Origin: Thermoproteus tenax Kra 1
GTDB taxonomy: Archaea; Thermoproteota; Thermoprotei; Thermoproteales; Thermoproteaceae
NCBI RefSeq assembly: GCF_000253055.1
Contig: NC_016070.1
Location: 1,770,001 to 1,802,000, forward strand
Reading direction: 5' to 3'
DNA length: 32,000 nt
Positions 25,903 to 32,000 of this stretch are shown one piece after another. Below the pieces are notes generated by a model. That model made no database searches, was not told where the DNA came from, and saw only the letters and a list, made by a program, of their open reading frames with translations. The translations under genes were made by a program, and so were the position numbers. How positions within the stretch are numbered: the first letter of the stretch is position 1; each line of letters opens with the position of its first letter.

Positions 25903-27213
25903 TCAGCTACGGGAAAGGCCCAGCGTACCCAAATAGGCCCGAAGCTCCTCTAGTCGGCTTGATGTCGAAGCCTCAAGCTTGGCCCTTATCAACGGTTCGG
26001 TGTTGCTGGGCCTCACGAGAATTCTGCCTCCGCCCTTGAGCCTTAGGTCTAAACCGTCTATCTCCTGTACGTCCTCCACTGGAATTTTACTTACGGAGTC
26101 TTTCACTCTTTCCATCGCGCGCTTGGGATCGTCGACTCTAAAGTCGAGTCTCTCCTCATAGACTCTGGGGGCCTCGGCCAAGAGCTCATCCAGAGACTTC
26201 CCGACGGCCCTCGCTACATCGAAAAGCTTCAATGCCGCGTATATGGCGTCGTCGAAGTAGAAGTGATCACTGAAACCGATATGCCCGCTGTACTCAGCCC
26301 AGAACAATGCGTTGTGCCTCATCGCGGCGGGCTTTTGAAAGCTGTGGCCCACGCGCTGTCTCAAGACTTTGACCCCCCTCTCGCGGGCGACGTCCTCTAA
26401 ATATAGCGGCATAGTTACGTCAAGCACAACCACATCTCCAGGTTTGGCCGCGTACTGCAGTAACACAAACACCATCTTCTCGGGCCTGAAGATCTGGGCT
26501 GATGCCGTGACCAAGCCTACTCTATCGCCATCACCATCAAGGGCCACACCTCCGTCGAGCCCCCGCGACTTGACGAGCTCTTGGAGTTGGCGTAAGTTCT
26601 CGGCCTTCTCAGGATCAGGGGGGTGGGAGGGGAATCTTCCATCAGGTCTGTCGTTGATGGCGTACACCTCTCTGAAGATCCTCTTGAGGAGCGGCCTCAG
26701 AACAACGCCGGCTGCGTTTGCAGGATCGAACCCTATCCTCATGTCGAACTCTCCGAACCTCCTTTCGAGAGTTTGGAAATAACGTTCTCTTATATCTTGG
26801 ACATATATCAAACCCCTCTGGAACTCTGGCGGCTCCTCCATAAGGTCGCGCAACGCGGCGAGCTCCTCTGAGGTCAAATCGATGCCGCCGCGGCGCATCA
26901 CCTTCATCCCGTTGTATTCGGGCGGGTTGTGGGACGCCGTTATCATAACTGCGGGCTCGTCGAGCGCCTTGGAGGCGAAGTGGGTCATAGGCGTAGTTAC
27001 GTTGCCGAGTAGCTCCACGTCAGAGACGGGCAGAAGGCCTGCGATCAGGTGGCGCGCCACATCGGGGGAGTGAGTCCTCACGTCCATTCCAATGAGGATC
27101 CTCTCGCCGTTGAAGAATTTACCAATGGCGTAGCCGATCCTCCTTACGATCTCAGGGGAGAGGTCCTTGTTATATATCCCTCTGATGTCATAGGCCTTAA
27201 ACACAGAGGACAT
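25903..27213 (-). CDS. Phosphomannomutase/phosphoglucomutase family protein
   Basis: FKAYDIRGIYNKDLSPE, MITASHNPPEYNG, ALDGDGDRVGLV, RPSNTEPLIRAKLEA. Confidence 0.93.
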   Translation of the reverse strand: MSSVFKAYDIRGIYNKDLSPEIVRRIGYAIGKFFNGERILIGMDVRTHSPDVARHLIAGLLPVSDVELLGNVTTPMTHFASKALDEPAVMITASHNPPEYNGMKVMRRGGIDLTSEELAALRDLMEEPPEFQRGLIYVQDIRERYFQTLERRFGEFDMRIGFDPANAAGVVLRPLLKRIFREVYAINDRPDGRFPSHPPDPEKAENLRQLQELVKSRGLDGGVALDGDGDRVGLVTASAQIFRPEKMVFVLLQYAAKPGDVVVLDVTMPLYLEDVARERGVKVLRQRVGHSFQKPAAMRHNALFWAEYSGHIGFSDHFYFDDAIYAALKLFDVARAVGKSLDELLAEAPRVYEERLDFRVDDPKRAMERVKDSVSKIPVEDVQEIDGLDLRLKGGGRILVRPSNTEPLIRAKLEASTSSRLEELRAYLGTLGLSRS

Positions 27214-27239
27214 GCAAACGTTGGCGCACGGGTTTAAGA

Positions 27240-27273
27240 CTATTACCGTCCTCCTTGCCCTAAAGGGCGAGGC
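27240..27273 (-). repeat. Dispersed element copy 3, degenerate/partial
   Basis: Minus-strand GCCTCGCCCTTTAGGGCAAGGAGGACGGTAATAG. Keeps the hairpin core and the TCTATTA/ACTATTA flank, but lacks TGACATGGCAAACAG. Confidence 0.5.
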
Positions 27274-27394
27274 CCCAAGTTGTAGCTCCTTTAGTCTCCC
27301 CGTGCGGTGCCCAACCTCCCGGGGAGGATCGCCCGCGGATGTGGGTCTCGATAGTTAACGGTACAGCTTATATACCGCTGCGCCGAGATATTTT

Positions 27395-28522
27395 GTGAGG
27401 TTGGGCGGCTATGCGGATCTGCCGTTGCACACAGGGCACGTCCCCCCATGGTTATTGGCTAGGATGAAGAAGCTCTCAGCTATACTGGTGAAAATAATGT
27501 ACGATATGTGGGGCGAGAATGGGATCGTTGAGAGGTTGGCCAGCCCGGTGTTCTTCCAGGCAGTGAACAACTTGATAGGTATGGACTGGGATTCGTCGGG
27601 AAGCACCACGGTCACTACGGCGGTCTTGAAATATGCCTTCGAAAAATCCGATGTGCCTGTGAGGATTGCAGGCGGCAAGGGAGAGCACGCCCTTAAAACG
27701 CCGGAGGAGTTGAGAGCCATAGCGGATGCCTGGGGCCTAGACGGCGAGAGTCTCATTGAGGCATCGCGGCTGGCTGCCAAGGTTGACAACGCGCTGGTGC
27801 AGGATGGCTACACAATATATCATCACGCCTTTGTCGTCGCCAGAAGCGGCACGTGGGCGGTGATTCAACAGGGTATGAACACTGAGAACAGAATGGCGAG
27901 GAGGTACCACTGGATCAAGACGGAGGACTTCTTCAACGATCCGCACAAGGGCATAGTGGGGAAAAGGGGAGAGGGAGTATTGAACCTAGCCTCATCTAAG
28001 AGCGCGGAGAACCGCGCCGTAATTTTAGAGCTCGCCGCATCGGGGCCCGAGAAGTTGGCAAGGGACTTGCTGATACTTACAGGCCAGTCCACCCTTGTTC
28101 CCTATTATCATCCCTATGTGGACAGGAGGAGGATCAAGGCGGAGCTCGGCGATGTGAGACATATAGTGGCCTCTGTGCCGAGGGGGGCCAGCAGCTTCAA
28201 GGAGTTGGTCTTAAGCAGAGGCGTGGGCCCGAAGACGCTGAGAGCGCTGGCCCTTGTGGCCGAGTTACTATACAGAGCGCCGGCCGACTGGAGAGATCCG
28301 GCCAACGTTGATCCCTTTAAATTCTCCTTTGCAGTTGGAGGCAAGGACGGAGTGCCGTACCCTGTGGATAGACGCACTTACGACGAGCTTATCTCTCTGT
28401 TGGAGGCCATGGTCGAGGCTGCCAAAGGCGAGAGGGGGATCTATACGTATCTCTCATCGTTGGCTAAGAGGGCCATGGCGTGGAGCCCTCCCCAGGGCTC
28501 CAAGAGGCCGACGCCGCCCTAA
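27395..28522 (+). CDS. DUF763 family protein with HhH-like motif
   Basis: GYADLPLHTGHVPPWLLARMKKL, VARSGTWAVIQQGMN, VLSRGVGPKTLRALALVAELLY. TATA-like GCTTATATACC about 25 nt upstream. Confidence 0.85.
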   Translation: MRLGGYADLPLHTGHVPPWLLARMKKLSAILVKIMYDMWGENGIVERLASPVFFQAVNNLIGMDWDSSGSTTVTTAVLKYAFEKSDVPVRIAGGKGEHALKTPEELRAIADAWGLDGESLIEASRLAAKVDNALVQDGYTIYHHAFVVARSGTWAVIQQGMNTENRMARRYHWIKTEDFFNDPHKGIVGKRGEGVLNLASSKSAENRAVILELAASGPEKLARDLLILTGQSTLVPYYHPYVDRRRIKAELGDVRHIVASVPRGASSFKELVLSRGVGPKTLRALALVAELLYRAPADWRDPANVDPFKFSFAVGGKDGVPYPVDRRTYDELISLLEAMVEAAKGERGIYTYLSSLAKRAMAWSPPQGSKRPTPP

Positions 28523-28551
28523 TTTATTTAAACTTGCCGTCTTGATATTGG

Positions 28552-29082
28552 GTGCAGATCTTATTAGAGGGCCCCCAAGAGTTCGTGGGCAAAGACGGCA
28601 GACGTTATATACTCAGAGAGTTCCGGGCTTCCGATCTCAACGCAGTTGTATCAATAAACAGACGCGTTCTGCCCGAGAACTACCCCGAGTGGTTCTTCAT
28701 GGAGCACCATCTTTCTTTCCCCAAGGCGTTTATAGTGGCCGAGATGAACGGGGAGCTCGTGGGATATATGATGAATAGAGTCGAGTACGGGTGGAGCTAT
28801 ATAAATAAGGGTAGAGCGGCCAGGAAAGGACACGTGGTTTCCATCGGAGTTCTGCCGCAGGCCAGAAGGATAGGGATAGCGACCAACATGATGTTGAGAG
28901 GTATGAATGCCATGAGGGCTTTTTATGAGGCCGAGGAGGTCTTCCTTGAGGTGAGAGTCAGCAACACTCCGGCGATATCGCTCTATAAGAAGTTGGGGTT
29001 CGAGATAGCCGGCAGAATCCCGCGCTACTACAGCGATGGGGAGGACGCCTACATTATGGCGAGATCTCTGGAGAATTTATGA
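28552..29082 (+). CDS. rimI: GNAT N-acetyltransferase, RimI/Ard1-like
   Basis: HVVSIGVLPQARRIGIATNMMLRGMNAMRAFYEAEEVFLEVRVSNTPAISLYKKLGFE. Confidence 0.9.
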   Translation: MQILLEGPQEFVGKDGRRYILREFRASDLNAVVSINRRVLPENYPEWFFMEHHLSFPKAFIVAEMNGELVGYMMNRVEYGWSYINKGRAARKGHVVSIGVLPQARRIGIATNMMLRGMNAMRAFYEAEEVFLEVRVSNTPAISLYKKLGFEIAGRIPRYYSDGEDAYIMARSLENL

Positions 29083-29083
29083 C

Positions 29084-30319
29084 CTACTCTCCGAATTTCT
29101 CTGAGAGACCCAAGTAGCTAGCCAGTATAGGCGTGATATCGATGCCTTTTATCCTCCCCAAGGCGCCCCTCCAACAGGTCAGCTCGCTGAACTTGGTGAC
29201 GTCGTCTCTAATCACGTCCGGACCGTAGAGAAGCACCGGCACCGGCTCCCCTGTGTGTTCTCTCACTGAGACTGGCGTCGCGTGATCCGATGTGACCACC
29301 ACGTAGTTCTCTCTGAGCACAGCCTCGTAGGGCCTCAGCGCTGCGTCCAATCTTTCGACGACGTCGACTTTACCTCTGAAGTCTCCATCGTGGCTCGCCG
29401 AATCGGTCCCTTTGACGTGCAAGAAGACTAAGTCGTAGCGTTTCATGAGCTGTACAGCTAGCTTTACAGCCTCATCAAACTTATCGAACTTGGTGCCCAC
29501 AAGGCCCTCGGCAGTGTAGACGTCCATGCCGACGGCCTTGGCAACCCCCCTTATCAGTGCAACGCCTGCGACAGCTGCCGCCCTTATTTTATATTTGTCG
29601 TGTATGCTCTCTATACTGGGCATATACCCGCCGCCGCGCACCAAGATGGCGTTTATGAGGGGCTCGCCTTTGGAGCCCCTCCTCTTATTGGCCTCCAGCT
29701 CCTTCGATAGAGACCTGAACCTGGCTGTTATCTCGTTGATGACCTCGGCAGTGACCTTGGCCCTCTCATCGCCGTCGAGGGGAGCCGAGGGCTTGATCGC
29801 CTCCCCTACCTTGTGGGGATCTGTGTCCGACACTCTGTGGGAGACCGCGCCTCTCAGGACGAGGACCCCCCTGTGCTCAACTGTTGATTTGTAAAGAATA
29901 GATACGCCGTATTTTCTCTCGATCTCCTCGCCTATTTTGGCCATCAAGCCCTCTACCTCCTGCGCCTCCTCAGGAGATATATATCTCCCCGCCCTTCTGT
30001 CCACCACAATGCCTCTCTCGTCCACTGTGGCCAAATTAGTTCTGAACGCCACATCGCCAGGTTTCAGGTCAACGCCGGCGCCCAGGGCCTCGAAGGCGCC
30101 CCTTCCCGTGTAGTATTTATAGGGATCGTAGCCGAACAGAGCCAGATGCGCCGTATCGGAGCCCGGCCTTATCCCCGGCGCTATTGGATCCATCATGCCG
30201 CAGGAGCCGTAGGAGGCCAAGCTATCTATCACCGGCTTAAGGGCGGCGAAAAACGGCGTCGTGCCCTCCCTTGGCCTATCGCCGCCGCCGTCGAACAATA
30301 TCCAAAGCACTGATGTCAT
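29084..30319 (-). CDS. apgM: 2,3-bisphosphoglycerate-independent phosphoglycerate mutase, archaeal type
   Basis: MTSVLWILFDGGGDRP, PGIRPGSDTAHLALFGYDPYKYYTGRGAFEALG, HVKGTDSASHDGD, TSDHATP. Start trimmed to ATG 30319. Confidence 0.95.
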   Translation of the reverse strand: MTSVLWILFDGGGDRPREGTTPFFAALKPVIDSLASYGSCGMMDPIAPGIRPGSDTAHLALFGYDPYKYYTGRGAFEALGAGVDLKPGDVAFRTNLATVDERGIVVDRRAGRYISPEEAQEVEGLMAKIGEEIERKYGVSILYKSTVEHRGVLVLRGAVSHRVSDTDPHKVGEAIKPSAPLDGDERAKVTAEVINEITARFRSLSKELEANKRRGSKGEPLINAILVRGGGYMPSIESIHDKYKIRAAAVAGVALIRGVAKAVGMDVYTAEGLVGTKFDKFDEAVKLAVQLMKRYDLVFLHVKGTDSASHDGDFRGKVDVVERLDAALRPYEAVLRENYVVVTSDHATPVSVREHTGEPVPVLLYGPDVIRDDVTKFSELTCWRGALGRIKGIDITPILASYLGLSEKFGE

Positions 30320-30397
30320 AACTCGAAGAAACTTCTGGATTAAAAACAATGTTGGGACGGCCCCCTAGGAGGGCATAGCTTGAGCGCTCAGGCGCAA

Positions 30398-30703
30398 TCA
30401 AGAGGTCTCCTGCTCTATCCAGGCGAGGTACTCCCTTAGGCCCTGAGTTATGGGCACAACTATTATTTCAGGCAGCTTGTAGGGATGAATCTTTCTCACC
30501 TCCTCGATCAACTCTTGGACTTTGTCGGCTTTAGTTTTAGCTATCAATAACGCCTCTTTGTCCTCCTCGACTTTTCCCTCCCAACGATATACCGACTCAA
30601 CGCCCACAATGTTGACACACGCAGCCAGCCTCCTCTCGACTAGATGGCGCGCTATCTTCTTGCCCTCAGACTCTGGGGCCGTTATATACGCTACTACGAA
30701 CAC
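30398..30703 (-). CDS. cutA: Divalent cation tolerance protein CutA
   Basis: ARHLVERRLAACVNIVGVESVYRWEGKVEEDKEALLIAKT, HPYKLPEIIVVPI. Confidence 0.95.
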   Translation of the reverse strand: MFVVAYITAPESEGKKIARHLVERRLAACVNIVGVESVYRWEGKVEEDKEALLIAKTKADKVQELIEEVRKIHPYKLPEIIVVPITQGLREYLAWIEQETS

Positions 30704-30709
30704 AGCCCG

Positions 30710-31195
30710 CTATCTTGTATCTAATTTAAGTTTGCATGTGGGACATAGAAGGGAGGCGACCTTGGCTCCGAGCTCTGTCAAACCTCCGTTTCTATCCGTC
30801 AGCCCCATCTCGATGAACGCCCTATGTTGGACGCGGTGACCTCTACATATGTCTACCAACGCCCTTTTCTCCTCCTCCGACAAGACATCTAGGTAGGCCC
30901 TAGGGCCTTCTCTGGCCACCTCCCTGAGCAGGAGTTCGCCGGCCCTCGAGAGTTTGTAGTATATGTGGTGTTTTCTGACCTCATTGCTGAGCTTGAACCT
31001 GGCCTTGGATCGCTTGAGCGTGTGACCTCCAACCCTCTCGATGAGGCCCAGCTCCTCCAGCCGCTCTAGGGCATCTATCACTTCAGAGAGATCGACCCTT
31101 AGATTCTTCGCAATAGATTTTCCATAGTCTATATAGGCCCTCTTTAGATGGAACAAAATATCAATATATAATTTTTTACGAAGTACATCTTTCAT
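30710..31195 (-). CDS. Winged-helix transcriptional regulator, DUF2250-like, with C-terminal CPTC
   Basis: N-terminal wHTH pattern DLSEVIDALERLEELGLIERV; C-terminal VDICRGH...LLCPTCKLKLDTR. Confidence 0.7.
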   Translation of the reverse strand: MKDVLRKKLYIDILFHLKRAYIDYGKSIAKNLRVDLSEVIDALERLEELGLIERVGGHTLKRSKARFKLSNEVRKHHIYYKLSRAGELLLREVAREGPRAYLDVLSEEEKRALVDICRGHRVQHRAFIEMGLTDRNGGLTELGAKVASLLCPTCKLKLDTR

Positions 31196-31569
31196 TTAAG
31201 AAGAATAGGTATTATAAATATAGCGAAGAATAAATTGAATAATACAATTGAAGTTATTGCCACATATATATAGTTTTTCTCCTTGATAAACTGTATCAAT
31301 CCCATGGCAACTCTCACAATAGGAGTTGCGATGAGGACTATTAGGCCCAACATCATTATGTCGACACCGTTAAGTCTCGTGATACCTGCAAAAACCGCGG
31401 AAGGCTGTATCCTCGAGGAGTTTAGGAGGGAATGTGGGGTTGACAACTGGCTTAGCGCATCTGAGTTAGAGGGATTTGCGAATAAGACCACAAGACCTGC
31501 GATCACTAGCGCTATGCTCACCAATACTCCTATGCGCAGTGTATATCCTATGATATCCTCTAGCTCCAT
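31192..31569 (-). CDS. DUF1634-like membrane protein
   Basis: LEDIIGYTLRIGVLVSIALVIAGLVVLF and VDIMMLGLIVLIATPIVRVAMGLIQFIKEKNYIYVAITSIVLFNLFF. Directly downstream of a TauE-like gene. Confidence 0.8.
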   Translation of the reverse strand: MELEDIIGYTLRIGVLVSIALVIAGLVVLFANPSNSDALSQLSTPHSLLNSSRIQPSAVFAGITRLNGVDIMMLGLIVLIATPIVRVAMGLIQFIKEKNYIYVAITSIVLFNLFFAIFIIPILLK

Positions 31570-32000
31570 ATCCCTAGGCCCCGTAATATCATTTGGATCC
31601 CTAGAATCGCAAGTATGGCCATGAAGATATAGCGTATGGTCACGTTCCTCAGCTTTATCAACACTCTAGCCCCTATGAAGGAGCCCGCCAGAACTCCGAT
31701 AGCTGTGACCGAGGCGAAGAGCGGCTGGATATATCCGAAGAACCAGTAGATCGAGCTGCCCGTGGCGGCAGTCACGCCGATCATAAAGTTGCTCGTCGTC
31801 GTCGAGACCTTGATCGGGAGATTCATGGCCCAGTCCATACCCAGCACCTTGAGGGCCCCGCTGCCTATCCCCAGAAGACCTGATATGAGCCCGGCGACGA
31901 ACATTATGGATTCGCCGAGCCACCAACGTACTCCGTGGTACTCGACCTCGCGCCCCAATACGGGGTCGTAGTATTTGCCATAGAGCTGGAGCCACTTGCT
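31560..32000 (-). CDS. TauE/SafE (DUF81)-family permease, partial at window edge
   Basis: The frame is open from the track start (TTG 31958) to the window edge (SKWLQLYGKYYDPVLGREVEYHG...), so this is the C-terminal part. GLISGLLGIGSGALKVLGM, KVSTTTSNFMIGVTAATGSSIY. Confidence 0.88.
   Translation of the reverse strand, partial: SKWLQLYGKYYDPVLGREVEYHGVRWWLGESIMFVAGLISGLLGIGSGALKVLGMDWAMNLPIKVSTTTSNFMIGVTAATGSSIYWFFGYIQPLFASVTAIGVLAGSFIGARVLIKLRNVTIRYIFMAILAILGIQMILRGLGIWS

Noticed and set aside
1-32000. CRISPR array, cas, toxin-antitoxin, provirus or integrated element beside tRNA-His
   Set aside because: No regular direct-repeat/spacer pattern was seen, no second copy of the tRNA 3' end was noticed, and no integrase or cas-like protein appears in the ORF list.

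Overview
Mostly core-genome segment of a hyperthermophilic crenarchaeon, most likely Thermoproteales (leaderless genes with TATA boxes about 25 nt upstream, class II LysRS, a GAPOR-like AOR protein, archaeal por operon). The features are densely packed: one tRNA-His gene, a large secreted/S-layer-like protein, a cupin, the porC-porD-porA-porB operon, a glyceraldehyde-3-phosphate:ferredoxin oxidoreductase-like tungstoenzyme, a CBS protein, rpiA, a radical SAM protein, thiL-like, DUF92, gatD, an HD hydrolase, ZPR1, an isopentenyl phosphate kinase/polyprenyl synthase pair, tatA-like, a MobA-like NTP transferase, a LysE transporter, a phosphodiesterase, lysS (class II), a phosphohexomutase/GT2 pair, DUF763, GNAT, apgM, cutA, and a TauE/DUF1634/wHTH module. 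I see no CRISPR array, cas genes, intact transposase or obvious defence island. The best candidates for undescribed biology are non-coding: (i) about 50-nt dispersed elements ending in an IS200/IS605-right-end-like hairpin (GCCTCGCCCTTTAGGGCGGGGAGG) with no tnpB beside them, one preceded by a well-placed TATA box; (ii) two GC-rich (about 80%) structured intergenic islands at 481-590 and 4748-4825; (iii) a long bulged hairpin at 4940-4984. A P-loop-like plus deoxyribosyltransferase-like fusion protein at 586-1764 is the most interesting uncharacterised protein.
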